From: Amphiscolops sp. MND2022
Lineage: Eukaryota
Direction: 5' to 3'
Assembly: GCA_964187785.1 (NCBI GenBank)
Contig: OZ076409.1
Coordinates: forward strand, 46,936,001 to 47,000,000
Length of the DNA stretch: 64,000 nucleotides
The notes under the pieces were generated by a model. That model saw nothing but the letters and a program-made list of their open reading frames with translations. It was not told where the DNA came from and ran no database searches. This document shows positions 24,228 through 38,344 of the stretch, in pieces. The position numbers were made by a program, and so were the translations under genes. Positions within the stretch are counted from its first letter, which is position 1. The number at the start of each line of letters is the position of its first letter.

Positions 24228-25556
24228 CATTTATTCCTCCGTTCACTAACATCCTCCAATCTACACACCACTTCTCGATGTCAGAACAAGTTTTCCGAAA
24301 GATGGCAGAAAATTTTGCCAGGAACATGGCCAGTGACAATGAGAGAACTATCGTCTGCAAACTTGAATTTTTGTGTTTGATTACTGAGGAAGTCGTTTAG
24401 GAAGACGATGAAGAGCAATGGCGACAACACACTTCCCTCTGGAACGCCAATGTCAATCTGGAACTTCGCCTATTGGTTTCCATCCAGTTCGACTCTGGTT
24501 TTTAATACCCATTCTATTAACTGATACATTTTGCCAGAAATTTTGTGTTCCAACAGTTCAAAAAGAAAACCGTCCACCAACACGCTATCAAAATTTTTTC
24601 GAGGTCAATGTTAAGCAGAGCCATCGGCAAACATGAACGGTTGGCATTTTCGAGCATGAGATGTAGTCTGTAGAGCAATAGAGTTGTGTTTTTTTTGATC
24701 TGGAACCCTCTTGTTCCTCCCCAAGCAGTCCATTCACATCGAGATGTAATTTGATTCTAGTTGCAAGTTTTCATTCCAGCGTTTTGCCGATTTGACTGAA
24801 GATTGAGAAAGGTCGATATGAAGAGCATTCATCAAATCTCTCTTTGTTGGGTTTGCGTATGAATTTGACTCGTGACTCCGTCCATGGCCACACATGATAT
24901 TCCCAGCAAGCAATCAAAATAGTCAGCAGAAAAAGGCGTGCTTTAGTGCCCAAATTCTTTATCTTTGTCACTTGGATTTCATCAATATCAAAAGATTTAG
25001 TGTTGCTTGATTTCAAACTGTGTTGTATCGTTGAAAATTTGTTTTTTTTTCAAATGTTCTCCTCCGAAGAACGTGGTTTCAATTTCTTTGCTAATTTCCT
25101 CTGGAGCATATAAGAGCCTCCCTTCCTTACTGCGTATTAGACCAAATTGTTCTTGTTTAGTGTTGAGTAAGGGCTTGTAAGAAGTCCAAAACTCTCTTCT
25201 TTTTTAATGCCCAAGCGATGACAGATAATTTTCCATGCCTTTAGTTACACTTTTGTTGAGTAGAATTTTGAAACGTTCCTTCGCTGACTTTAGCTTCCGT
25301 CCGTTTTCAAAATTTGATTTTTACTTGAACTTTTTGTGTTAAAATTGCAGTTCAATGCTTGCGACTGTCAAGTCTGAGTTCCAAAACGGTTTGCTATATT
25401 TTGAAACACATTTGAGGGACATATGTGACAACGTATGTGACAAAACGAAGCTTCGTGTAGCAGATTCTTGAACTAGTTCCAAAGAAAAACAGGGCCGTCT
25501 TCAACAACCATGAGATCATCTATTCGGCCCTCAAAGAAAGAAGTCCATACATTTCC
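24228..25556 (-). mobile_element. Duplicate of the LINE fragment 14873-16200
   Basis: Part of the second duplication unit. Confidence 0.75.
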
Positions 25557-26951
25557 AGTTTCTCCGTGGCGTTTGATAGTGTTGACCGCGAGTCATTGTT
25601 CACTACCCTTAAAAACCAAGGAATGCAAATGGAGGCAGTGTCACACTTGAAAGCCATGTTCACTAACACCAAATCACAGACACAAACCAACAGTATGGAA
25701 GAAAGATAATTGGAAACAGTCCTGGGTTACACCTATTCATAAATCTGCTTCACAGCATCAAGTTGACCGTTGACCACTATCGACCTATTAGCATCCTCCA
25801 TATTTTGTCGCTTGTCTTCGAGCGAAACATTTTCGCGAATTTATACGATAAGATCCGAAATCTCATATCACAATAGCAGCACAAGACAAGGTTTCGTTCG
25901 AAATAGAAGTACAGTGACGCAACTTCTCGAATATGACGATCTGTAGTAGCCTGGATAGAGAAGTCGCCTACCTGAAGAAATCTTAAAGGACTTCGCGCGA
26001 GCAGGTGCAATCAAGCCGGTGGCACTCGTATACTAAGGGTTGACCTCGTTTGTCGATCGGAGGGCAGAAGGCTTTCCGAAGCACTCGTTCACTCGTTTCT
26101 TCAAGATGAAACGACTTCCACTGATTGCCCTTGGCTCTAGCTGGATGTCGTTTGCGGTAGTGTGCTTTTTGACGCAATAGATGCTTCACGATAAGCCGTT
26201 ATAAAGCCACCGGAGATCATTGTTGCCTTCTAGAGGTCAATTTAAAGCGTTGGCTCGGTCACAATTGTTTGAGCGGCGAGGAACCGCGAGAACCAAGACT
26301 CTAAGTGCAACTTCAGAGGCTGCTACGGCAAGGTCGGATATATTCCTGGCAACAGTTTGAGTGTTGCCGGTTGGTAAGTCGTCGCCTCCCATTAAGAGCG
26401 CGGTCAGGTCGTACCGACATTTCAGAGGTAAGAATGGTCTTACGTCTCCAACATGTGCACCTGGTAGGACGAGAATATTGAAATTAAGGAACGTAAGATT
26501 CCTTCCTTGTGAAACAGTGATTTTTAGGTTACCAGTGGGCGAGGTCTTGAATAGGTGATAACGCATGAGGAATTATCAAAAAGAATTGTCGTGGGGGAAA
26601 AACTACTTGCAGGAAGTTTTTTTGATAAGCATTCGTCTGAAGCATACACACAACAATTAGGCTAACATAAACAACAAAACATTATATACTTGTATTATTC
26701 ACCTCATACATTTTACATTCATAACAATCGGCACTGCCAGAAACGTTTCAAGGAACGAGCGCAGGTGTTGCGATCGAAATTACAAAGCTGAAACAGTTCA
26801 AAATGTCCCACTGCTTAGCGGGCGCTTTCTTTCAATTGTTCTTGACTTTCCGTTTATTGGTTTGAAATTCAAACTGGAAAGCCAGTCTTCGAATCCGAGA
26901 AAGCATACCTCTACATTAGTGGCTCGCAAAGATTAAACGAAACAGTTAACA

Positions 26952-29757
26952 ATGATTGAACGCATTTTTCACACCATGACAGTAAACATAAACGGACTCT
27001 CACATCGCTCAACAGAGGCCCTTTACCATTTCATGAATGACAACGACATCCAAAACTTGGGCGTAACGGAAACAAAAAGAGAAACCAGTAACTGCTCCGA
27101 CTTCCCCAGATACAAAGTCATACATAAAAACCACTCCGAGAATTCATCGCAATCAGGTGGAACTCTCCCGTTGATACAAATAAATATGTGTCCCAACCTA
27201 ATTGAATTCAGGGATCAAAATAAAAGTTCACTATGGGCTTTTGCAATTTAAACGGTAGACCTTGAACCATAGAAGAAATCTACTGCCACCCAAACAACAG
27301 TCTAGAAATATAGTACACAAACAAAGAAGTACAACAAGCCGGAAACAGCCCAAGTAGACACCATATCTAAGGCTCAAAAAGACTCGAAAACCACTTTTTC
27401 TACAACTGGAGACAACAAAAGCTCTCAAAAAACTGAAAATTGAGAAAAAAATTTCGAATTTTTTTGAATTTTTTTTCGAAGTTTCCGGTAAGTCGCATAG
27501 TGCCGAGAAATGTAAAAGGGGGGCCGCTTTTTATCTCAGTTAGACGCTTTGGATGCGTTGAAAATGAAATTCTATGTACATAAGGTAAAAAATGGTAAAT
27601 GTGCATTAATTGCCTTAATGCACAAAAAGTGGACGTTACGCGTTGAACTGACGAAAAAAAAACTAGCCACTGTAAGAGTCTGGATTTTCTTCGAAAACGC
27701 CGACTAACAAGGCATCATCTATTCGGGGGATATGGTCATCCCCAATTTCATGTTACTCGATGACTTTAATGCTAGGCATTCGACATGCGGAGACAAATCT
27801 AACTCGCAGGGTGAAACTTTGTCGATTTTTCTGGAGGAGCAACACCTATACACTTTAAACTATGTTGAGCCCACTTTCACGTGTATTGGTGAGGGTCGAA
27901 GTTCAATTGATTTCATCATACGCAATGAAAACCTGAAGAAGCAGAACATAGTCTTATGTATCGACGTTTCCTTGAGATGTTCATCGGCGCACAGAACAAA
28001 TGGCACTACCCAGTCATCGCATCGTTGATTTGAACACAAAAGAAAAAATTAAAATCACAGAATAAAAACAAAAACAAAACAGACTGGACACTTTGGCGTG
28101 AAACCTTGGAAGATAAACTCGAGAAAACATGGAACGAAGTGAACAAACCAAAACCGGGAAACATCTCTGGGATTCAACACTAAGATGTGTTCAACAGGCG
28201 TCGAATGAAACTATTTCAACTAAACAAGTCGACAAGCATTCTGACCCATACTTCACGGATGAGCTCAAATCTTTATCGACAGAGGCCAGGATACGTGAGG
28301 CCTGGAAACGTTTAAAGAAACGCTCGGACCCCATTAACTCACTGTTTACGAAAAACAAAACTTGGCCCTTCAATATGCACTTTTGAAAACCAAATTTTTT
28401 CACTTCCAGGAAAGTGTTGAAACGGTAAATAAAAGCACAGGAATAGACTTCTGGGAAACCAAAAAACATTTTGCACCGAACGGAGGCACGAGAACAATGG
28501 GATGTCTTGCATCCAATGATAAAATCTTTAAGGATGAGGCAAGTAAACTCGAATACCTCTTCGATGTGTTTTTTCGGGATATCATCTGGATAGCTCACAT
28601 TTTGATGAGCACTGACAAAAAGCAGCCGAAAACGAACAAAGATGCCCATTTACTCCTCAAAGTTAGGACACTTTAAATGAGCTGATCACCGCAACGAGTT
28701 TGGAATCAGCGCTCAAGATGATCCAAACTTCAGCATAGTCTGAGGATACAGACTGTCTACAATCACTCATGATCAAACATGCCGGAGGACGATTCAAATA
28801 TACGTGCCTAAAGCTTTTCAACATTTGTTTCACAGCAGGTGAGTACATTTGAAAGAAAGTTAAAGTAATCTTTTTGAGAAAGACAAACGAAAAGATTATC
28901 ATTTGGCAGGAAGCTTCAGGCAAATAACCTCAAATTTCTGGTATGGCAAACTCTTCGACCGGATACTAGAACATAGGCTCAGCCAACATCTAGAAAAGTT
29001 AGACTAATTGATGTCAGCCAGGAAAACTTCCGCAAAAAGGTTTTGGACGATACAATTATCAATTGATTGACCACATACAAAATGTGAAGGATAAAAACGA
29101 AACAGCGGCAGCTTTATTCGTCGATCTGGAAAAGGCGTTTGCTTCAATCTGGATGGACAGCATGCTTTTCAAGTTACGGAAAGCTGGGATCAGAGGTACC
29201 TTGTACAACGTCATTGACAATCTCCTACAAAATCGCTACGTAACAATAAGACTTGGCACAAAAGATTCAGACCCATTGAAACCGACAGTGGACTTACTAC
29301 CAGGAAGCATTCTTTCACCAATCCTATTCATACTCTACATTGCAAAAATCTTTGATGGACACCATAGAAAAATTTTCAAATATGCAGACGATGCTACATC
29401 TGTAGCAAAAAGCACAACTATCGAACAGGCTGTTGGAGAGCTCTGAAAATACTGTGAAGCCATTACACAGTAGCTAAGGAAATTGCGCTTCAAGATTTCA
29501 GGCTTGAAAACGGAGGCAGTCGTTTTCAAACAAGGTGAGATTTTAACGCCGAGCCTCAAAGTGAGCATCCAGGGCCTTCAGATAAAGTATGCCGCACATT
29601 CAACGGCACGAATCACAATCGACAAAAAACTAACATTCAAAACTCAGTTTGAAAAATCCACGGAAAAAGCAAATCCACGATGCAATCCACATTCTTATTG
29701 AGCTCCTAATCCAAAATCCATATGTCACCTCGTTTTCTAGTTCCAAACTTATAAAGA
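26952..29757 (+). mobile_element. Duplicate of the LINE at 17596-20400 (contains HINE 27333-27707)
   Basis: Near-identical ORF fragments. Confidence 0.8.
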
Positions 29758-30040
29758 TGTTAGTCATCCTTGTATGGACTCATCTTAGTCAATAAAGGGC
29801 GAACCAAATATGGTACCGAGGAGACAAGCCATGGTATGGTACGAAATGTTATCATCGTCTTGCTGCACAGTGTTGAGTCACAATTTAGCTTAGATTGAAG
29901 CCTTCGGAAAATATAGTTCAATAGATATCGAAATTTTTTTTTTCGCAAGCAAAATTCGTTCACAAGTACAGCAGGGCAAATGAACCATGCGCCGCAGCCC
30001 TGCAAAACTCTGATAGCAGGATAATTAATATCATTCACGC

Positions 30041-30536
30041 GGGTGGCTGTAAATAGGTCGAATTTTTCTAGTCGAAAGGACAGAGGTCGAACCTTTTGAT
30101 CGAATTGCAGGGATCGAATGGAATGCGGTCGAATTAGATCGAAGCCTTCGGGTCGAAAACGTTCTTCGTTTGCCTTAAGTCGATTGACTATAATAATGTG
30201 GGGCATATGCTGTGTATGCACGCTCGCCCTCACCGCCGCAAAGACCAGCTCCCACTACGATCGCTTCGCGATCTCCGTGGTCTTTGCTCCTGTTCGACCT
30301 CGCTTAGCAAGATGGAAACATAAGCGGCCTTCAAGGGGCCGCGGGGCACTAGAGGAAATGGGGACAAATACGAGACAGGTTTTATACTTTTCTAGAAAAT
30401 TTTATCTGCGGCAATTCGATTTGTATCCCAAAAATCAAAATTTCGATACGAGTTGTTTCGATCCCATTCAAAAATTTGGCATGTCAACCCGAGGACTAAC
30501 TCTTTGACCGTTCCTTTGACCTATTTCCGCCCACAC
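30041..30536 (+). mobile_element. Duplicate MITE-A variant
   Basis: TSD cattcacgc; same TIRs. Confidence 0.85.
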
Positions 30537-33500
30537 CATTCACGCGAGTCATCAAAGCGAACTCCGCGTTACGGGACTTGATCAAGGAGCTCAATACACC
30601 AAACACGTATGCTCAGTCTTCAGAAAAAAAGGTATTAAACCAGTTTGTAGAGAACCAGTTTGTAGAATTTTTTCTTCATATTGGACCGTGGAATCATTTT
30701 TACGACCAGGTTGTAGAAAAACCGACCAGTTTGTAGGAAAACAGTTTGTAGCCTAATTGTTGTGATGGGCTTGTTGAATAGCTTCAGAGATTGCAATGAT
30801 TTGAATTTGAGACAACTGGACACCATCTCTGATGCTGTTTTGTTGGTTTGTCGCGGCACTTGGGCTTAAAGAACAGTCACAACCCGGTGAAATAGTTTCA
30901 TTTTTATTTCATTTTAAATTCGGATTGCTTCACTGTTGTGATTGTTTTTGTGGGGAGATTGGCACTCACAAAATGAGATATTCTTGCAATTGCTTAGGTT
31001 TCGAGGTTGAGTTGTGATGAAAAACAACGTAATCTGCAACGCTCCGAAGTGTCTGAAGCCCTCAGGGTTGATACACTGGATAAATTTTAGGCTTTGCAAC
31101 GGATGGGTTCACATAAAATGCGCCAATTTATCAAGAACGGAAGCCCGGAGTCTTCCCGAATTTAAATGTAGTAGGTGCTCTTTGGTGAACACAATCCCTC
31201 AGTGACAGGATGATAACTTTAGACCATACACCCTTTTTAATTCAGGCGTTGTTCACTTGAAAAGAGTTCCTAAAAATTCACGGATCCCCTAGCTGAAAAC
31301 TTGATACCCAAAATTTTTGATATTTATGAAACCCCGTCAAATATTACCTTGTGGTGCTTATTGCTCTCCTTTCGAAGCTGTTTTTTGAAAAAATCACCTC
31401 GAGGAGGTAAATGTCAAAGGTCATCACTCAGTAAAATTATCAACAAGCAAATTGGGGATAGTGTCATTGAGAAAAAACTGAAACGCGACAGAAAAGCGAG
31501 TTAGATCGACGACTGCGTTCCATTTGCACTAAGTTAGACGAAGGTAATGTCAAGGCAGGAATCAGAATTGCAGCAGGTGACGACAAGATTGTAGATTTCA
31601 CGGTCGACAACTACGTAGCCCTCAAGCTGGAACATCTGCAGAGGGAAACTTGCTCTGTTCCGGACCCCACAGATATCGATTGTTTTTCAACCTCGGAGTT
31701 TTTGTCCGCAAGGCTCTCATGTCCTTCCCCAACGGTTCTAGTGCAGGGTTGGATGGCATTTCGCTCAAAGTTTGACAGATTTGACTGCCAAGTCGGACGG
31801 GCTAACGACTGGATTTTCTCAGAGCCCTAACAAATCTTGTGATTGTGATTCTCGAAGGAAAAGTACCTTTCGAACTTCGGCCGTGCTTCTTTGGCCTGAA
31901 ACTAATTGTGCTAAAAAAGCCCAATATAGGACTTCGTCCTATCGCTGTGGGCAATACTTCCCGCCGGTTGTCCGCAAAATATGCCGGATACCATGTCTTC
32001 GAATCACATCAAGCAAGATACGGAAATCGACAAGTAGATGTAGGCACCAAAGTGCCGCTGAATTGGCCTCACATGTTTTCCGTTGTTTGATAGAAAGCCC
32101 TCAGCCCAAAAAAACGTATTTTTGAAAATTGACTGTGAAAACGTTTTCATTTCGATAAACCGGCAATTGATGCTAGAGAAAGTTTTTGAAATACACCCTG
32201 AAGTTTGTAAGCATTCACACTCGGCGTACAGTCAGCCAAGTTTTCTTTTTTACGGTGATTCAGTAATTAAATCTTGTGAAAGGACCCAGCAAGGAGATCC
32301 TGAGTCTCAAGCTTTGTTTTCGGATTCCATTCAGGATCTGATTGACAGTTTGGAGTCGAAAATAAACTTATGGTACCTTGACGATGGAAATTTAAGTGAT
32401 GATTACCGAGCCGTTTTGAAAGATCTCAAAAAAATTGTGGGAGCGGAAAGAACGCTGGGATTCAAAATTAAACCCATGAAATGTGAATTTATTCCCCGTT
32501 GACATCACTGAAAAACGACGGCCGACAATTTTAGCATCTTCCCAAAAACTTTGCCCCGGGGTCAAAACACCAAAGAAAGATGAACTTATCATTCTTGGTT
32601 CACCGCTCGGCCCAAAATCACAAGCAGATATATTGGAAAAGAAAATTAATGAACTGGAAAAAGTTAACGGGATTGTTGAAAAACTAGATGCGCACTAAAG
32701 TTTTTTTATGTTGAAAAATTGCTTCAGTTTGACAAAGTTGTTGTACTTCCTGAGAACCAGCACATGTTTTAATCATCCAGCTCTTTTTGAGATATATGAC
32801 AAAACCGTGCGCGACGGGCTTTTCAAAGTGTATAACGTGAACTTCGACGATATTTCGAGTACTCAGCTGGCTCTGCCTGATGAAGTGGGTGGTCTTGGGG
32901 TTTCATCCGCATCATTATTAGCACTTCCCGGCTTTCTGGCCCCAGTTTTTGGTGCGAGTGACTTTCTCAAGACGATTTTCTTGGAAACATTCGAAGATGT
33001 TTCGTTTACAAAAGCGCTTGAGAAGTGGTTGAGTTTGACGAATGAACAGGAAAGTCCTCTCGATGGAACTCAGAAAACTTTGACACAACCTATCTACGCC
33101 AAAATTGCCCAAGATATGATATCTAGAATGGATGACAAACATTCGAAAGTTTTTAACGCTCATCCAGGCGAATTCGGGTCTCAATGGCTGAACGTCGTTC
33201 CTTGGAAGAACCTAGGTCTGAAACTTGATGATCAGCAACTTCGAATTTCAATTGGTTTGCGTCTCGGTGCCAACATCTGCGTTGCGCATACGTGCCACTG
33301 TGGTAAAAGAGTTGAACGGGGCTTTCTTGCACCAAGAGTGCTGGTCGCTTCTCACGTCATGCTACTCTCAATTCTCTCATAAAGCAGACGTTGGGATCTC
33401 TCGACTTGCCTTCAATGCTCGAACCACGTGGACTGTACCGTACTGATGGCAAACGCCCAGACGGTGTTACCATGATTCCTTGAGAAGTGGGTAAACGGTA

Positions 33501-33571
33501 AACAGCTGATGTGGGATGTTACGGTTGTGGATGCTCTCGCACCCAGTGGCCTGAATCAAGGCTCTTTATGC

Positions 33572-34650
33572 GGAGTGTACGCCTTTGATCTAATTGCTTG
33601 GGTCTAATGGAAATCTAACTGTTAGATCTAACTGTTAGGTCTAACTTTCAGATCTAACTTTATCTAAAATACCTAGGTCTAACCCCTTTATGATCTAATA
33701 TGTGTTCTTAAAGCGAAAATATAATGTAAGGCATATGGGATGTATGCACGCTCGACCTCACCGTCGCAAAGACCAGCTCCCACTACGATCGCTTCGCGAT
33801 CTCCGTTCCCGCTAGGTCTTTGCTCCTGTTCGACCTCGCTTAGCAAGATGGGAATATAAGCGGCCCCAAGGGGCCACGGGGCACTAGAGGAAACGGGGAC
33901 CTAGTCGAGGCACGTTTATACTTTATATCACTTTTTAGTTTAAGATCCTAATTGACTTATTTTTTTTTCTCAATTTAGATCAAATTAGAAGAGATTTTTA
34001 GACCTGATTAGTTGGATCAATTTATTTAGATCTCAGTTTTGCTCCTTCTCTTAGATGATAAATGATCACTTGGCTTAATGCCATTTGGCTTAAAGTCATT
34101 TGGCCTAATACAATTGGTCATTTGGCTTAATTTTTTAAGGCTAAGTGTCTCGGGTATTGGTCACTTGGCTTAAAGCCATTTGACTTAAAACCACTTAGTT
34201 GAAAACACGTGGCAGATTTTGTCGAATTTATCTTTATAACGTAGTCAGCGTATTATTATAACATGTCATATCAAGTACCCCTCGGATATTTCCCCATTTC
34301 CTCTAGTGCCCTGCGGCCCCTTGGGCCGCTTATATTCCCTTCTTGCTAAGCGAGGTCGAACAGGAGCAAAGACCTAGCGGGAACGAACATCGCGAAGCGA
34401 TCGTAGTGGGAGCTGGTCTTTGCGACGGTGAGGGCGAGCGTGCATTCACCGCATATGCCGCACATTATGATATTTCCGGGAATTGACATATTTATCGCTT
34501 GAGTTGGAATGGAGTTAGCCTAATTTTGTGGTCACTTGGCTTAAAATTTTTAAGCCAAATGACTCGAGGAAAAAATTAAGCCAAATGGTATTAAGCCAAG
34601 TGACTGGTAACCTCTTAGATCTATTTCATTAGACTCGATTCCACGTAGCC
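33572..34650 (+). mobile_element. GATCTA-rich MITE carrying the shared core, with a nested TTAAGCC MITE
   Basis: GG..CC termini; 8-bp TSD ctttatgc (33564-33571, 34651-34658). Confidence 0.85.
34057..34612 (-). mobile_element. TTAAGCC-rich MITE (reverse copy of 6596-7152)
   Basis: Reverse-complement similarity to 6596-7152; TSD tcttagat. Confidence 0.85.
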
Positions 34651-35274
34651 CTTTATGCGAACCGGGACCCGCCGCCACCGAGGCTGAAGCGCGTAAAATT
34701 GAGAAGTATCGCGAATTATTGGACAATGGATACACTTTTCAGCCGGTGGCCTTGGAAAAACAGGGTTCTTTAGGCGAGAGCAGTGAAATTTTCATCACAT
34801 GTCTCTGTAAAATGCTCTGTCGTTCGCACGATCAGCAAGCTGACAGCTTTTTGAAGCAACAGATTCCAATGGCTCTTGAGATCGGCAATGCGGCCTGAGT
34901 TCTAGGAACTGTGAGCGACAGAGATGCGTTCGAAGAAATTTTTTACATATAGCCTTTTTTACATCTATATCATAGCAGCTTTTAAAAAAATATCTTTTGG
35001 TCGACTGCATAGTGGCTGGTTTGAGTAGTTTGTTGGTTGTTTTTTTTTCAATACTGGTCTACTGGTATGGTGGCTGGTATGGGGTTCCCTACTTTCGTTG
35101 CAGACCACGGGTGTGTCTCTTTTCCCCCCAACATGATGATAGACATGGCACTTGATTGATGACGAAGATCCATGATATCTGATAAAGTAGAAAAAAGTTT
35201 GTAGAATCGAGTTTGTAAACCATCAATTCAAGAAGAAAAACAATGAGACCAATAATGTAGGAGTGATGCAAAGT

Positions 35275-35913
35275 AAAACAAGCCGAGAACGGCCAAAGTC
35301 GGCGCTATATCTAAGGCTCAAAATTGTAAAAGGGGGGACTCTTTGGGTTTTGTGAAACTCCAGCTGGTGGCAAAATATGAAAAAAATGAATCGAACAGTG
35401 TCGCAAAATGTAAAACGGGGGACCCTTTTGGCTTTGTGAAACTCCAGCTGGTTGCAAAATATTAAAAAAATTGAAGGGGGGACCCTTTAAGAACTGAAAA
35501 AAATTGCCCAAAAAAAATTTTTAAATGTGATTTTTGAACAGTGTCACAGTGCCGAAAAATGTAAAAGGGGGGACCCTTTGGAATTTTCTGACATCCATTG
35601 TGTTTTAAAATATCGAAACAAATAAAGGGGGGACCCTTTGGTGCAATCCAAAAAGTTTCAAAAGTCGCATAGTGCCGAAAAAAGTGAGGGGGGGCTTAGG
35701 GGAGATCGTTCGTGTGTTGTCGAGGTTCTGTTTGTTTTGTTTTCTTTTTCGTTTTGGACGCGCTTCTTAGGTTCGCCAAGTTGTTGAAGAAATGAACTGA
35801 ACAAAGAACAAAAAGAAAAGACACAGAAAAAAAAGTGGAACTTTCGTGTCTAAAAAAAAACTACCCACTGTAATAGTCGGGCACATTTTCTACTAAAATG
35901 CGCCGACTAAAAA
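35275..35913 (-). mobile_element. HINE/DINE-1-like element
   Basis: aaacaagccgagaacggccaaagtcggcgc ... agtcgggcacattttc..aaaatgcgccgactaaaaa. Confidence 0.75.
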
Positions 35914-36005
35914 CGTGCCTCCGATATGTCCCCATTTCCTCTAGTGCCCCGCGTCCCCTTGGGGCCTCTCATGTTCCCATCTTGCTAGGTGAGGTTGAAC
36001 AGGAC

Positions 36006-36335
36006 GGGTGGCTGTAAATAGGTCGAATTTTTCTGGTCGAAAGGACAGAGGTCGAACCTTTTGATCGAATGGAATGCGGTCGAATTTTCTCGTATTTGTT
36101 GTATGGCTCGGTCGCTTCGCTCCCTTCGCCAAGTAGCAACATTGAGGCATGGCTATATGGCACGTCGCTTCGCTTCGCTCCTGCATTCAGGGCACTAGGG
36201 GTATGTGAACATATCTGACTACGTTATAAAAATTTCGATCCGAGTTGTTTCGATCCCATTCAAAAATTTGGTATGTCGACCTGAGGACTAACTCTGATTT
36301 TCGATCCCGTTCCTTCGACCTCTTTCCGCCCTTCC
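36006..36335 (+). mobile_element. MITE A nested in a reverse copy of the shared core (host ~35914-36463)
   Basis: TIRs as MITE A; flanks gaacaggac / gaacaggag. Confidence 0.82.
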
Positions 36336-36559
36336 GAACAGGAGAAAAGACCCAGATCGCGTAGTGATCGTAGTGGGAACTGGTCTTTGCGACGGTGATG
36401 TCGAGCGTGCATACACTAGATATGCCCCACATTTCATTTTTAGATCATTCCTTTAGATCTTAGGCGGTGGAGCTCTCAGGATCTTGTGTGAAGGATGTCC
36501 AGTTTATAGAATTTAATGATCCAGTTTGTAGAATTCTACAAACGTATTCTACGAACTGG

Positions 36560-36940
36560 ACCTAGTTCGAAAAAGAAACTTGTTAACATTTTGTCAGATT
36601 ATCCATCTGGAAACACTGGTATTACTGTTTTCCCAAAAAGGTTCAGTAAATCATCCACCGAATTGGCTATAGAAATGTTGACCAACCAATGTAATTTAAA
36701 TGATTTTCAATACACTATTTGGAGTACGGCCTCCTCTCTATGTATATGTCGTACAAAAGAAACTTCAAATCATTACATATTCCCTTGCACGTTCTACAGA
36801 AACCTCGAGAAAGACTATACACATTGATAGCTTTCAAGACCTGCTAAAACACTGCCAAGAAAGAGACTGGTATGAACTCGCCTTGTTTTATCGAGGAATC
36901 GAGAAGGTTCAAGCCGTAAACAGAATCAAGAGACGCTAAG
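36560..36940 (+). pseudogene. LINE 3' fragment (C-terminal zinc knuckle)
   Basis: LTNQCNLN..CICRTKETSNHYIFPC. Confidence 0.55.
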
Positions 36941-37199
36941 TACCGATTGACTGAATCTATTAAGTGAACTGAGACACATAAATTGAAAGCCTCCAATTAG
37001 AGGCTCTTTTTAGAAAAATAATATACTTGGTTTGAAGTCAGACAACGAGTTCTATGTTTGATTTTTCTGATTTCTGCTGATTTCAGACGGACATGCTGGA
37101 TAGAATCATTCGTGGCCTCAATGGCATGAACAGAGTGATAAAATAAAGTTTTAGCTACTTTCAAATTCAGTTATCTTCTTCTTCAGTTGATTTAGAGAT

Positions 37200-37547
37200 A
37201 TGCAGAAACTTTCGAATTTATCCAAGATCGCAAATCATTTTTCCATATGCCCTCTATCGCGGAAGGTTCTCCGGGTTTGTGGGAAAGATGCAGTGGCATT
37301 GGTGCAAGGATTGACCACAAACGACATCTTCCTTCTCAACAAGAAGAAACTAGCCAATGGATCAAGTAATCAATTTCTTCACCCAAGTTTATTCACACTT
37401 TTGTTATCCGTCGAGGGTAGAGTTTTGTTTGATACAATTGTTCACCGGTGTGACGGGGAAGCATTGCCAAGCCTTTACTTGGAGGCTGATAATGATGAAA
37501 TTGACACCTTAGTCCAGCATGTGAAAAGGTACAAGATGCGGAAAAAA
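37200..37547 (+). CDS. IBA57: IBA57/CAF17/YgfZ-like Fe-S assembly factor, N-terminal coding exon
   Basis: SRKVLRVCGKDAVALVQGLTTND...LLSVEGRVLFD...HVKRYKMRKK followed by a GT donor at 37548. The KGCYxGQE exon was not found in the window. Confidence 0.85.
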
Positions 37548-38344
37548 GTACTTCAATTTTTGCCCTCTTCAAACCAACAAAATTATCTCTCAAAAGTACT
37601 AAATAATGGAATTGTTCAAATATAGGAATTTACACGTCTCGAAGGTTCGTGAATGACTGAACTACAAGTATTGTGTCATATTTCAATAAGTTGAACTTTC
37701 TGTCACTGCTAGTTGATTGGGCTGAAATGAAGGAAAACCATTACAGTATTCAACTCCATACTCCCCATAGCACTGACGAAACTAGTATGTTTGTACTTTG
37801 ACAAAGACGTGTATTTTGACTACTTCACCCACAAATACAATGGAGAAGGAATGATAGGAATTTATATATATATTTTTTATTTTATTTAAATATATTTTAT
37901 CAATTCAAGGTTTTGTTTCATATACGGATTGCTTCACTGTGGTGATTGTTTTCTGGGGAGATTGGCACACACCCAAATGTGGTATTCCTGCAATTGGTTA
38001 GGTTTCGAGGTTGAGTTGTGATGAAAAACAACGAAACCTGCAACGCTCTGAAGTGTCTAAAGCCCTCAGGGTTGATAGACTGGGTAAATTGTAAGCTTTG
38101 CAACGGATGAGTTCATATAAAATGCGCCAATTTATCAAGAACGAAGACCCGGAGCCTTGCCGAATTTAAATGTTGTAGGTGCGCTTCAGTGAACACTATC
38201 CCTCAGTGTCACGATGATAACTTTAGACCAGACACCCTAATTCAGACGTTGTTCACTTGAAAAGAATTCCTAAAATTTAACGGATCCAGGGACTGGAATT
38301 TAATAATTGCAATAATTTTCTGAGAAAACGAAAACAATTAGTTT

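Larger units (their letters stand above)
14873..33584. repeat. Head-to-tail tandem segmental duplication, unit ~9.35 kb (14873-24227 and 24228-33584)
   Basis: The ORF track repeats with an offset of 9354-9357; junction ggagtgtacgcct|catttattcc; about two dozen differences seen by eye. Confidence 0.95.
30918..35186 (+). mobile_element. CRE-clade retrotransposon, full-length but decayed, interrupted by MITE 33572-34650
   Basis: Same domains as 21561-24214. RLE resumes at 34651 (TEAEARKIEKY..P.ALE..G); 3' region shared with the copy ending at 46251. Confidence 0.85.

Noticed and set aside
37093..37134. Possible upstream IBA57 exon MLDRIIRGLNGMNR (transit-peptide-like)
   Set aside because: I could not find an acceptor that joins it in frame to the ATG at 37200.
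37548..37625. Tail of ORF 37200..37625
   Set aside because: Intron read-through after the MRKK|GT donor.
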